Source: Fidelibacterota bacterium (GTDB taxonomy: Bacteria > Fidelibacterota > SORT01). Taken from it: DNA of 64,000 bases. How positions within the stretch are numbered: position 1 is the stretch's first letter; each line of letters opens with the position of its first letter. The DNA is taken from NCBI GenBank assembly GCA_022571215.1, contig JACZYG010000010.1, forward strand, positions 4,876 through 68,875, read 5' to 3'. The notes beneath the pieces were generated by a model, which saw nothing but the letters and a program-made list of their open reading frames with translations, had not been told where the DNA came from and did no database searches. Shown here in pieces: positions 46,697 through 55,973 of the stretch. Position numbers and translations under genes: made by a program.

Positions 46697-47323
46697 TTAT
46701 CCCTTTACAGAATAAGATTTATAATTTAATTCTCCCGCCCTGATTTCTATCGAGAGATGATTTTCTCTCGGCGGCAGTGGGCATGAATAATAAGGACTAA
46801 ATGCGCAATAAGGATTATATGCCATATTGAAATCCACCGTTATCGTATCAGATTCGGTTACCGGAATATCAAGATACCGCCCTGCGCCGTATGTATCCGT
46901 TTCGTTGCTTTTATCCTTGAACGGAATGAAATAATAAGGATCGTGACCTGAATCGTCAACAGGCTTATAAAGTTGTAATGAGTGATCCTTGCCGTTGATC
47001 TTAAAATTAAAATACCCGTATTTGTAGAATTTTTTTAACTCGCTTGAAGAGGTAAGCATCTCGGTTACCTCGGGAGCTTCGTATTTTTGAATAACGCCTG
47101 TGAACTTATATTCCGGATCAGGCTCGTAATATTTAAGCTCCTTGAAATTCCCTTTGTCCTCTTCCAATAACGGACTGCTTGGATCGTTTTTGAAAAAATC
47201 GTCTTTTGAAGTTCTCAACTCACTATACTCGTTTGCGAAACTCAACAGATTGTTCTCCTTCTTTTCACATCCCGCGCTGACTAAGACACCGGCTATTGTC
47301 AGAATAAATAAATAAAATTTCAT
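46697..47323 (-). CDS. DUF1684-family lipoprotein
   Basis: Lipobox signal MKFYLFILTIAGVLVSAGC. C-terminal GAGRYLDI…AYNPYCAFSPYYSCPLPPRENHL is the DUF1684 signature. Start set at the internal ATG (47323), which forms an ATGA overlap with the upstream gene. Confidence 0.7.
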   Translation of the reverse strand: MKFYLFILTIAGVLVSAGCEKKENNLLSFANEYSELRTSKDDFFKNDPSSPLLEEDKGNFKELKYYEPDPEYKFTGVIQKYEAPEVTEMLTSSSELKKFYKYGYFNFKINGKDHSLQLYKPVDDSGHDPYYFIPFKDKSNETDTYGAGRYLDIPVTESDTITVDFNMAYNPYCAFSPYYSCPLPPRENHLSIEIRAGELNYKSYSVKG

Positions 47324-48375
47324 ACACGCCACTCCTTGATCAGTTTCTCGTCCTTCGCAAAAGGTATGACTTCTATATTTGAGCTGTCTCCGTTTGAGAT
47401 ACACTTTATAGATACCATGTCGGCGTCTCTTCCCTGTCCGTATCTCGCCGTAATTCGAGCTATATCAGATATTAATTCTTTTGTTACGTCTCCCATTATC
47501 AATGTCGCGGGACCTCCAAAATTCTCAGTTTCTAACAGCGTTCGTCCAAATTTGAATCCGGATAGAAACCGACTCTCCTCTTCATCGCGGGCGATTATCG
47601 CCTTTACTCCGGGTCTCGGTCTGAAATGTCTTCCGACCTTCAGCAGGATAACGTCTTCAGGTGTCAGCGGTCTATTATCGTTATCTTTCAGCATATCCGA
47701 AAGCTTATCGGAATAGGATTCATCTGTCAGCGTGCAGCATCCTCCCGCAGGCTGGGGGAAATATCCTACATCGAATTCCTCAACCAGTTCCATTTGAGCT
47801 TTCCGTGATCTGCCCGAAATTCCGAATAGTTCATCCCTGTTTATCCAGCCGAGTTTCTCCGGAATAGTTTCGGGAAGGAGTTTGGCGGATAACGGTCTTA
47901 ATAAATATCCTTCCAAGCCCGCCTGTTCAGCAATAATGGAGAGCGTTGGTTTTCGCTGAGATTTGGGTCTTTGACCCATCACTTCGCCCGAGAAAATAAA
48001 ATGAGCTCCTATCTCCTCCATGAATATTTTGGCTTTGGAAAACATCATTATGCGGCAGTCGATGCAGGGATTCATATTCGCCCCATATCCATGTTTCGGG
48101 TTAAGCAAAATATCCCAATACTCTTTCGATATATCAATTATCTCAAGCGGTATTTCAAGGTCTGCGCCGAGGCGTAATGCCTCGTTTTGCATCTTTTGAA
48201 CCGGTTCGTCACCTCTATTCAATTTTCTGTGATGATCCGTAATGCAAAAACCCGTGCTGAAATTCACTCCTTGAATCTCTACACCCATTTTCTTCATTAT
48301 ATGCGCCGCAAGGGTACTGTCCAAACCACCGGACAACATACCTACAGCCTTTATCGTCTCTGACACGACTTCCAC
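47320..48375 (-). CDS. PP-loop ATP pyrophosphatase, MnmA/ThiI-like (putative tRNA/thio-cofactor sulfurtransferase)
   Basis: PP-loop GMLSGGLDST. Cys motifs NPCIDCR and GGCCTLTD. 351 aa. Exact subfamily not resolved. Confidence 0.6.
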   Translation of the reverse strand: MEVVSETIKAVGMLSGGLDSTLAAHIMKKMGVEIQGVNFSTGFCITDHHRKLNRGDEPVQKMQNEALRLGADLEIPLEIIDISKEYWDILLNPKHGYGANMNPCIDCRIMMFSKAKIFMEEIGAHFIFSGEVMGQRPKSQRKPTLSIIAEQAGLEGYLLRPLSAKLLPETIPEKLGWINRDELFGISGRSRKAQMELVEEFDVGYFPQPAGGCCTLTDESYSDKLSDMLKDNDNRPLTPEDVILLKVGRHFRPRPGVKAIIARDEEESRFLSGFKFGRTLLETENFGGPATLIMGDVTKELISDIARITARYGQGRDADMVSIKCISNGDSSNIEVIPFAKDEKLIKEWRV

Positions 48376-48500
48376 TTCCTTTCTATTTCTCGCTTCGGAG
48401 TTTAATAAACCTATGCGTTATTGTCAATATTCTGTTTAAAAGAAGACATTTGGCGATCTGTATTTCTGAGAATGAACAGAGTGTTCAAAAAGCTAAACGC

Positions 48501-48529
48501 TTGACATCCTGAACGTAATCTCTTATAAT
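48501..48529 (+). promoter_or_regulatory. Perfect consensus sigma-70 promoter TTGACA-17-TATAAT
   Basis: ttgaca (48501-48506), 17-nt spacer, tataat (48524-48529). About 110 nt upstream of the beta-barrel gene. AAGGGGG RBS at 48607-48613. Confidence 0.7.
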
Positions 48530-48640
48530 TATGCTTTACGAATTTACAAATTTAACCAATAATCAAAACGGAACGGACTGATTTTCAAGTCACTATTTAA
48601 AAGTTTAAGGGGGAATTACCTGCCTCCCCTTTTTCTTGTT

Positions 48641-49984
48641 TTGAGTCTCTTTCTTTTCTTGAGCAATTCAGCTTTAAGCCAATCTTACGATACTCGATTC
48701 ACATCCTCGCTTTATTCATGGACAGAAAGTTACGATGGTATCAAAAGAGACCATTTACGAGGCTATCAATCATCTTCCATGATTTTTAGGGACGTTGGCG
48801 TAAAGCGTTTGAATGTGAAGAGTTACTTCTATCTTACTGATGATTTCAGCAGTGATCTGAACACCGGTACAACTCTACGAATTTTCGACCTGTACGCCGA
48901 TTACAAAAAAACTCTATTCTCAAGCGACATTCGTATAGGCAGACAATTCGTATTCGCCGGGGTCGGCAGAGGTCCGATAGATGGAATTCGCCTATCTTTT
49001 AACAGTAGGGAAAACGGAAAGTTATTACTCTATGCCGGAACAATGGCTCCGGCTGTAAATCCCGATAATATTGACAGCTGGAACGAGAGCAACATCTTCG
49101 GGGGTGAACTGACTGCCTATTATCTGCTCGGCAATGTCATGAAATTCAGCTTCGTGAGAAGATCAAGAAAAGTTGAACCGTTCGAACTGAGTTTTCCGAG
49201 ATTCGGAATTAGCAGTCTGAACCCGTCGTCGCTACAACGACAGGCAGCAGGCATAAACATCGCCCGTTCTCTGAGCGATAATATGTCTCTTTATTTACGA
49301 GGCGATTTCGGCATAGGTGAAGGAGCGTTCGACAAGTCTGTCTCAATGGACAGAGGTGAGATAGCATTAACTCATAATAAACGAAATTCACACTATTTAA
49401 CCTTGGAATTTCTAAACCGAAAACCACTCGTTTATGTCAACTCGTTTTTCAGTAATTTTAGCTCCCTTCTTCGCAGGAGTAATGAACTGAGCGTCTCATT
49501 CGATAAGAAAACAGCCGAAAATCTTTGGCTGAACTCTAAGATCGCATTCGTCATCTACGGAACTTCATCTGAAAGCGAAGGCGCGAACAGCCTGCGGATA
49601 AACAGCGGATTCAAATTCAAATCCTTTTCTTCGGGATTGATATTCAGAAACGGATATGGAGGTGATTGGCTCGGTCTGAACGCCGGATACTATGGTCAGG
49701 TGATGCAATCGTTAAGCCTTAGAATTGACGGTGAGTGGTCAATGTTTTCTCTTACTTCCTATGATCTTGGCAACGATAAAGATGAGAGCATCGCTTTCAG
49801 TTTGAGGACAGGAATTAATTGGCGATTCAACAGGCACGTTTCATTGGATGCTGAAATTCAGAGTCTGAGCCAATCTATCGAATGGGCTAATATCAGCAAC
49901 ACCGTTTTGTTTGCCGGTAACGATAATGAATTCAGAGTGTTCCTGAAACTTAACATTTGGTTCTGGAAGGGAAAAGGGTATTAG
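48641..49984 (+). CDS. Predicted outer-membrane beta-barrel protein (porin-like), unknown family
   Basis: Signal-like N-terminus. Alternating amphipathic strands throughout. Aromatic-rich C-terminus …FRVFLKLNIWFWKGKGY. Start uncertain: TTG at 48641, or in-frame CTG at 48620, 6 nt after the RBS. Confidence 0.55.
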   Translation: MSLFLFLSNSALSQSYDTRFTSSLYSWTESYDGIKRDHLRGYQSSSMIFRDVGVKRLNVKSYFYLTDDFSSDLNTGTTLRIFDLYADYKKTLFSSDIRIGRQFVFAGVGRGPIDGIRLSFNSRENGKLLLYAGTMAPAVNPDNIDSWNESNIFGGELTAYYLLGNVMKFSFVRRSRKVEPFELSFPRFGISSLNPSSLQRQAAGINIARSLSDNMSLYLRGDFGIGEGAFDKSVSMDRGEIALTHNKRNSHYLTLEFLNRKPLVYVNSFFSNFSSLLRRSNELSVSFDKKTAENLWLNSKIAFVIYGTSSESEGANSLRINSGFKFKSFSSGLIFRNGYGGDWLGLNAGYYGQVMQSLSLRIDGEWSMFSLTSYDLGNDKDESIAFSLRTGINWRFNRHVSLDAEIQSLSQSIEWANISNTVLFAGNDNEFRVFLKLNIWFWKGKGY

Positions 49985-50980
49985 ATGATCAGAAATTCAT
50001 ATTCAATCGTTTTTTTAACTATCCTGATTCCGATAATTGCATCCGGCTCAAAAGATGACGCTAAAAACCCGGTGAAACTCTCTCATCGTATTCATATGGC
50101 AATTGAAAACGTTGAATGTTCCACCTGCCATGGAGGCAGTGAGGAGTCGTTAGTCTCTGAAGATCTTCTCCTGCCATTGAAAGAAAATTGCGCAACATGC
50201 CATGATGTGGATTCGGCGGACAAATGCGGTGTTTGCCATATCGATTCAAGTCCGGACGAATTCATCGGTTACCGGATAGAAACTCCGAAACTACTCTTCA
50301 ATCATAAGTATCATACGGTTGAGCGCGCTATGCCTTGTTTCTTCTGTCACGGCGATATAGAGAATCAGGATGTCTCAACCAAAGCGAATATGCCGCCGAT
50401 GACCACCTGTTTTAACTGTCACGACGATAAAACGGCGCCGACAGAATGCGCATGGTGCCATCTGAGCGAGGATGAACTTCGTCCTGAATTTCACACCGCG
50501 GATTGGCTTCATAAACACCGAATGATCGTGAATTCTCACCCGCTGAAAGCGGAAGAGAATTGTATGATGTGCCATAAAGAAAATTGGTGTCAGGACTGTC
50601 ATATCGGCTCACAATTGACAAAATCATCTTCACAAAGCGTATATCCGTTTTATCGACCGAGTGAATGGGGAAAGAAACCACAGGTGGCGTCGAGGATTCA
50701 CTCCCTTAATTACCGGTTTTTACATCCTGTTGACGCTAAGGGGAAAGAACGATTCTGCACTACCTGTCATGAATTCACGGAGTTTTGCGTCGAATGTCAT
50801 CGGGAGTCGCAAAATAATATCATGCCTAAGTGGCATCAGGGATCGGACTGGGCGCCAAGCATAAATATCGGTGGCAGGCACGCTGATTTCGCAAGAAGAG
50901 ATTTAGAACGTTGTATGGGTTGTCATGACTTGCAGGGTCAAGCTACCATCTGCTTACGGTGCCACGTGGACAATAGATGA
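49985..50980 (+). CDS. Dodecahaem c-type cytochrome (c7/c3-type repeat polymer)
   Basis: Twelve CxxCH motifs in 331 aa: CSTCH, CATCH, CGVCH, CFFCH, CFNCH, CAWCH, CMMCH, CQDCH, CTTCH, CVECH, CMGCH, CLRCH. Sec signal peptide. TAGATG junction with the barrel gene. Confidence 0.9.
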   Translation: MIRNSYSIVFLTILIPIIASGSKDDAKNPVKLSHRIHMAIENVECSTCHGGSEESLVSEDLLLPLKENCATCHDVDSADKCGVCHIDSSPDEFIGYRIETPKLLFNHKYHTVERAMPCFFCHGDIENQDVSTKANMPPMTTCFNCHDDKTAPTECAWCHLSEDELRPEFHTADWLHKHRMIVNSHPLKAEENCMMCHKENWCQDCHIGSQLTKSSSQSVYPFYRPSEWGKKPQVASRIHSLNYRFLHPVDAKGKERFCTTCHEFTEFCVECHRESQNNIMPKWHQGSDWAPSINIGGRHADFARRDLERCMGCHDLQGQATICLRCHVDNR

Positions 50981-51366
50981 AATATTTGATTCATCTGCTG
51001 ATTCTTTCAATTATGTTCGGTTGCTCGGATGTTGCCGAAAATCCGACAGCTCCGGCTAATTATCAAATCGTGCCTGAAGCCGTATTGGAAATTATATCCG
51101 ATAATTGCGCGTTTTGTCACCAGCCGGAGAAATTTTCCGCCGTTTTCAAAGGTCAAAAACCTTATTTCAGGAATTGGCTTCCCGACGGCAACGCTACTTT
51201 TCTTGACTCGATCCAAATTTGGCAGTCAAAAGAACGGATAGGAATCCGGGTCGCGGAAGGCACAATGCCAAGAACCTCCGACACTACCGATTTCTTCTTT
51301 CCCTTAACAGGCAATCGGTACGATATTATTATAGACTGGGCACAGACTGAAAGCTTTATTGATTGA
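50977..51366 (+). CDS. Monohaem cytochrome c lipoprotein (PSCyt1-like domain)
   Basis: Lipobox LSIMFGCSD. Single CAFCH. C-terminal …IIIDWAQT resembles planctomycete-type cytochrome c domains. ATGA overlap with the dodecahaem gene. Confidence 0.65.
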   Translation: MKYLIHLLILSIMFGCSDVAENPTAPANYQIVPEAVLEIISDNCAFCHQPEKFSAVFKGQKPYFRNWLPDGNATFLDSIQIWQSKERIGIRVAEGTMPRTSDTTDFFFPLTGNRYDIIIDWAQTESFID

Positions 51367-51396
51367 CTAATATTAATTAACAAGGAATTCATAAAA

Positions 51397-53373
51397 ATGG
51401 CTGAAGAAAAAATAACAAAAACACTGAGCTCGGCAGCTTTTGCCCCTAAACCCGGTGAAATCTATGAACCTTATATTAGTGAAGAGGAAAATATTGCCGA
51501 ATTTACTTTGAAGGCTGTAATAGTCGGCGCGGTCTTCGGCATTATCTTTGGAGCCGCCAATGCTTATCTCGGTCTAAAGGTCGGTATAACAGTATCCACG
51601 TCTGTACCTATAGCGGTAATGACAGTCGGTTTTTTCCGGTTGGTAAAACCAATCCTTGGGAAAGCATCCATACTTGAACACAACATCTCCCAGACGGTCG
51701 GCTCCGCGAGTTCAAGTCTTGCGAGCGGGATTATTTTCACGCTCCCCGCCCTATTTTTATGGGGACTTGACCCGTCAATTTTCAGTATCACCGTAATAGG
51801 TTTCACGGGCGGACTCTTAGGGATACTTTTTATGATCCCTTTGCGAAGATTTTTAATAGTAAAAGAACACGGGGTTCTTCCCTATCCGGAAGGAACCGCC
51901 TGCGCGGAAGTACTTGTCGCCAGTGAGGTGGGCGGCACTCACGCTAAAACCGTTTTTATAGGTCTCGGGGTCGGCGCTGTCTTCAAAGGAATGATGTCCT
52001 TTGGAAATTTTTGGAGCGAAAATGTAAAATGGGCAATTCCCGGCTTACCGAAAGGGAAAATCGGCTTTCACCTCCTCCCTGCTCTTCTTGGAGTTGGATA
52101 TATCTTAGGGTACAGGGTATCCGGAGTTATGGTCAGCGGGGCGCTGATTTCATCGGTCGTGCTTATTCCGTTGATTGCGTATTTCGGGGGAGGACTCACG
52201 TCGGTCATTGCTCCGGAACCTATCAAACTCATAGGAGAAATGTCTACCGGTGAAATATGGTCACGTTACATTCGATACATCGGCGCCGGAGCAGTCGCGA
52301 CCGGAGGTCTTATCTCACTGATAAAAGCGATTCCCACAATCATATCTTCTTTCAAAGTCGGATTATCTCAGATAAGGAAACGAATTGGCAGCGATGAAAT
52401 TGCCGAAAAAAGAACAGAGATAGATCTCAACATGAAATATGTGCTTGGAGGAGTTTTACTTATAGCAGTGTTCATTGCACTCTCTCCGCAAATCATCAGC
52501 ACTGTTGATTCGTTCATGTTAAGGGCAGTCGGAGCCTTCTTTATTATAGTTTGCGCATTTTTCTTCGTGACTGTTTCCTCACGGATCGTTGGTCTGATCG
52601 GCGTCACGAGTAACCCCACATCGGGAATGACCATCGCCACTCTCTTACTCGTCAGCTCCATCTTCGTTCTTCTCGGATGGACGGATGACATAGGTAAAGC
52701 CGCCGCCCTCACAGTCGGAGCGGTCGTGGCAGTAGCGGCATCTATTGCGGGAGATACTTCTCAGGATCTGAAGACAGGGTATCTTCTGGGCGCGACTCCT
52801 TACCGCCAGCAGATTGGCGAAATGATAGGAGCGGGAACTGCCGCCTTTTTTATTGCAATGACCGTGATGGCGCTGCATCAGGTTTACGGTTTTGGTTCTG
52901 AGGAGTTACCTGCGCCTCAAGCGACTCTGATGAAAGTTGTAATTGAGGGAGTTTTATCGGCTGACCTTCCCTGGGTGCTCGTGCTTACAGGAGTCGCATT
53001 TGCCTTAGTCGCCGAAATTCTTTCTATACCCTCTTTACCGTTGGCTGTCGGTATCTACCTTCCGATATCCACCCTGACCCCTATCTTCCTCGGCGGTTTG
53101 ATCAGGCGTTATGTCGAACACAAATCAAAAGATGACGAAAAGTTGCTTAAGCATCGTAGGGAAAGAGGAATACTGCTTGGATCAGGTTTTGTCGCCGGTG
53201 ATGGAATCATGGGAGTGGTGATCGCCTTTTATGCTTTAAAGATCGGAGGAAGACCCTCTTGGGATTTTCGGGCATGGATGGGAGGTATGGATTCCTACAT
53301 CTCCTTCGGCATTTTTTTGTTTCTCGCATATTATCTGCTCCGTACCGCCATGAGCAGGCCTGAACGGACTTAG
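51397..53373 (+). CDS. OPT-superfamily oligopeptide transporter
   Basis: 658 aa polytopic protein. NAYLGLKVGITVSTSVP, EGTACAEVL, and SQDLKTGYLLGATP motifs are typical of bacterial OPT proteins. Confidence 0.85.
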   Translation: MAEEKITKTLSSAAFAPKPGEIYEPYISEEENIAEFTLKAVIVGAVFGIIFGAANAYLGLKVGITVSTSVPIAVMTVGFFRLVKPILGKASILEHNISQTVGSASSSLASGIIFTLPALFLWGLDPSIFSITVIGFTGGLLGILFMIPLRRFLIVKEHGVLPYPEGTACAEVLVASEVGGTHAKTVFIGLGVGAVFKGMMSFGNFWSENVKWAIPGLPKGKIGFHLLPALLGVGYILGYRVSGVMVSGALISSVVLIPLIAYFGGGLTSVIAPEPIKLIGEMSTGEIWSRYIRYIGAGAVATGGLISLIKAIPTIISSFKVGLSQIRKRIGSDEIAEKRTEIDLNMKYVLGGVLLIAVFIALSPQIISTVDSFMLRAVGAFFIIVCAFFFVTVSSRIVGLIGVTSNPTSGMTIATLLLVSSIFVLLGWTDDIGKAAALTVGAVVAVAASIAGDTSQDLKTGYLLGATPYRQQIGEMIGAGTAAFFIAMTVMALHQVYGFGSEELPAPQATLMKVVIEGVLSADLPWVLVLTGVAFALVAEILSIPSLPLAVGIYLPISTLTPIFLGGLIRRYVEHKSKDDEKLLKHRRERGILLGSGFVAGDGIMGVVIAFYALKIGGRPSWDFRAWMGGMDSYISFGIFLFLAYYLLRTAMSRPERT

Positions 53374-53481
53374 CCGTACGATTTTACCCTGTCTCCGCTA
53401 TTTTTATACTTGACTCAGTCAATTTACAGGAATAGCTTACAAACGTAAGCTGGATAAAATTCTCTACAGGAGATAGTTCAT

Positions 53482-55914
53482 TTGAAAAGCAAACCGCTGT
53501 CGGCGGATAAACTCAGAAACACGGTAAATCCCAAAGTTTTCAAATTCAAATCGACAAAAGACGTACGTCCTCTTTCGGGCGTGATAGGACAGAAAAGGGC
53601 TGTTAAAGCAATTGAATTCGGCTTAGGAATGAAGGGGCACGGCTACAATATATTTGTGACCGGATTAGCCGGTACCGGAAAAGCGACCATTGTCGAACGC
53701 TTGTTGCGAAAGTTAGCCGTGAAGGATAAGGGTCCGGATGACTGGCTGTTTGTTCACAATTTTTCTGAACCCGACCAACCACATGCGTTATCAATTCCTA
53801 TGGGAAAAGGAAACGAATTCGAGACTGAAATGTCGGCGTTTATAGAATCACTTCAAATCGATCTACCGAAAGCTTTCGACGATAAGTATTATGAGCAACA
53901 TAAAGAGTCCACTTTAGAAGAGTTTGAAGATAAACGGACCGCGGCGTTACGCCGACTGGATAATTATGCCAAACGACATAAAGTGGTGATTCAAAACACT
54001 TCAATCGGTCAGCGAACCATCCCTCTCATTGACGGTAAGGAGATGACTCCCGAAGAATATGACGCGCTATCCAAGACCGCGAAAAAAAAGTTCGATAAGA
54101 TAATCGACCAAGTTCAGAACAAACTTTCCGCTGCCGTAAAAGAAGTTACTCTTCTTGAAAATAAAACGCAGGAAAAACTCCTGAAACTTAACGAGGCAGT
54201 TGCCAGATACGCCGTAAGCAAAAAAATCGAATCACTCAGAAAGAAATACGATTATTCCGAAGAAATCAGTGAATATCTCGATGAAGTAGAAAAAAACATC
54301 ATCGCTAATGTAGGCGATTTTGTTTCCCGAAAAGAGGAAAAAGGGAATTTACTCGGTTTACAGATACCTCAATCTCAGCCAAGTTTTACCAAGTATAAAG
54401 TCAATGTTATCACGTCTAATATAAAAGCAAAGTGCGCTCCGGTTATAGTCGAGACCAACCCCACATACCATAATCTCTTCGGAAGGATCGAGAAGAAAGC
54501 CCAATTTGGCGCGCTCGTAACCGATTTTACTTACATAAAGGCTGGAAGCCTGCTACGAGCCAATGGAGGTTATTTATTGGTAGACATAGAGTCGATTCTT
54601 AGTCATCCTTACGTATGGGATACCTTAAAAAGAACTCTCCGAAATAAAAAACTTCAAATAGAGGATTTAAGTGAAGAACTCGGATTCGTATCCACTGTAG
54701 GTCTTAGACCTGAACCCATACCGTTGGATGTTAAGGTCGTATTGCTGGGCAGAGCGGAGATATTCCACTCGTTGGAATTTTACGATGAGACATTCAGAAA
54801 AACATTCAAGGTTCGGGCTGATTTCGATAGTTCGGTAAAGCTGGAGCGAAATTCCTATTATCAATATGCCAGTTTTATTTCAAAAGTCTGCACAGAGGAA
54901 AACCTTCTTCACTATGATCCCTCAGGTGTAGCGGCGATAATTGAGCACGCTCAACAAAGCATATCGGATCAACTGCGCGCTTCTATCCAATTCGGTCATC
55001 TTGTTAACACTCTCCGCGAGGCAAATTATATAGCGGAAAAGAACAATAAAAGGCTGGTCTCGGCTATCGAGGTCGAAGCTGCTATTTACGAACGGAGATT
55101 CCGTTCAAATCTCGTCGAACAAAAATTTAGAGACCAAATTGATCGAAATATTATAGCTCTTGATTTATCAAAGAAAGTTGTCGGACAGGTCAACGGACTT
55201 GCGGTGTATCAGGCAGGTGACCATTCATTCGGAATTCCCGCGCGAATAACAGCCAGTACGTTTGCAGGCAAAGGAAACGTAATTCAGATCGAAAGAGAAG
55301 TGAAGATGAGCGGGAGTACGCATGACAAAGGCGTGTTTACGCTCTCATCGTATCTCAGCAGAACATTTGCGCAAAATATTTCTATTTCTCTTTCCGCCAG
55401 CATAACTTTTGAACAAAACTATTCTTTCATAGATGGAGACAGCGCATCTTCAACCGAACTTTACGCATTGCTGTCATCACTTTCATCCATACCGATCGAT
55501 CAGTCTATTGCCGTAACGGGATCGGTTGACCAATTAGGAAATGTTCAAGCCATCGGAGGCGTAAACCAAAAAATAGAAGGATTTTTCGATGTCTGCCTTC
55601 AGAAGGGATTGACAGGTAATCAAGGCGTGATGATCCCGGCATCGAATGTTCAGCATATGATGTTAAGAAAAGATATAATGGAAGTCGTCCGTTCAGGATT
55701 TTTCAATATCTGGCCGGTAAAAACCATCGAGGAAGGTATCGAGGTACTAACCGGAATTTCCGCGGGAAAGAGAAAAAAGAACGGGAAATTTCCACCCGGC
55801 ACTGTTTACAGAGCCATCGAGAACAGGCTTATAGACCATCATAAAGAGTCATTAAAATACAAACAAAATCTCAAGAAAGAGCTTGGTATAATTAATGAAG
55901 GCGATAAGGATTAG
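53482..55914 (+). CDS. Lon-like protease of the LonC type (degenerate AAA+ module with long helical insertion, S16 protease domain)
   Basis: P-loop GLAGTGKA has Ala in place of Ser/Thr. Walker B-like LLVDIES lacks the DE pair. Coiled-coil insertion of about 200 aa. Protease Ser in DGDSASS and Lys in GGVNQKIEG. TTG start with AGGAGA RBS. Confidence 0.8.
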   Translation: MKSKPLSADKLRNTVNPKVFKFKSTKDVRPLSGVIGQKRAVKAIEFGLGMKGHGYNIFVTGLAGTGKATIVERLLRKLAVKDKGPDDWLFVHNFSEPDQPHALSIPMGKGNEFETEMSAFIESLQIDLPKAFDDKYYEQHKESTLEEFEDKRTAALRRLDNYAKRHKVVIQNTSIGQRTIPLIDGKEMTPEEYDALSKTAKKKFDKIIDQVQNKLSAAVKEVTLLENKTQEKLLKLNEAVARYAVSKKIESLRKKYDYSEEISEYLDEVEKNIIANVGDFVSRKEEKGNLLGLQIPQSQPSFTKYKVNVITSNIKAKCAPVIVETNPTYHNLFGRIEKKAQFGALVTDFTYIKAGSLLRANGGYLLVDIESILSHPYVWDTLKRTLRNKKLQIEDLSEELGFVSTVGLRPEPIPLDVKVVLLGRAEIFHSLEFYDETFRKTFKVRADFDSSVKLERNSYYQYASFISKVCTEENLLHYDPSGVAAIIEHAQQSISDQLRASIQFGHLVNTLREANYIAEKNNKRLVSAIEVEAAIYERRFRSNLVEQKFRDQIDRNIIALDLSKKVVGQVNGLAVYQAGDHSFGIPARITASTFAGKGNVIQIEREVKMSGSTHDKGVFTLSSYLSRTFAQNISISLSASITFEQNYSFIDGDSASSTELYALLSSLSSIPIDQSIAVTGSVDQLGNVQAIGGVNQKIEGFFDVCLQKGLTGNQGVMIPASNVQHMMLRKDIMEVVRSGFFNIWPVKTIEEGIEVLTGISAGKRKKNGKFPPGTVYRAIENRLIDHHKESLKYKQNLKKELGIINEGDKD

Positions 55915-55945
55915 AACAGTTAAATCACTCTCCCTTTTTCTCTTG

Positions 55946-55973
55946 ATTATATATAATTTAAATTATATATAAT
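55946..55973. promoter_or_regulatory. Perfect 28-bp AT palindrome (ATTATATATAAT-TTAA-ATTATATATAAT) in the korAB upstream region
   Basis: Two identical, self-complementary 12-mers separated by ttaa. They overlap TTGATT/-10-like hexamers, about 120 nt upstream of korA. Confidence 0.45.

Noticed and set aside
47324-47404. N-terminal 27-codon extension of the DUF1684 ORF (MYLKRRQLKYRSHTF…) given in the ORF track.
   Set aside because: The extension overlaps the 3' end of the upstream gene. The internal ATG at 47323 gives a canonical lipoprotein signal peptide and an ATGA coupling junction.
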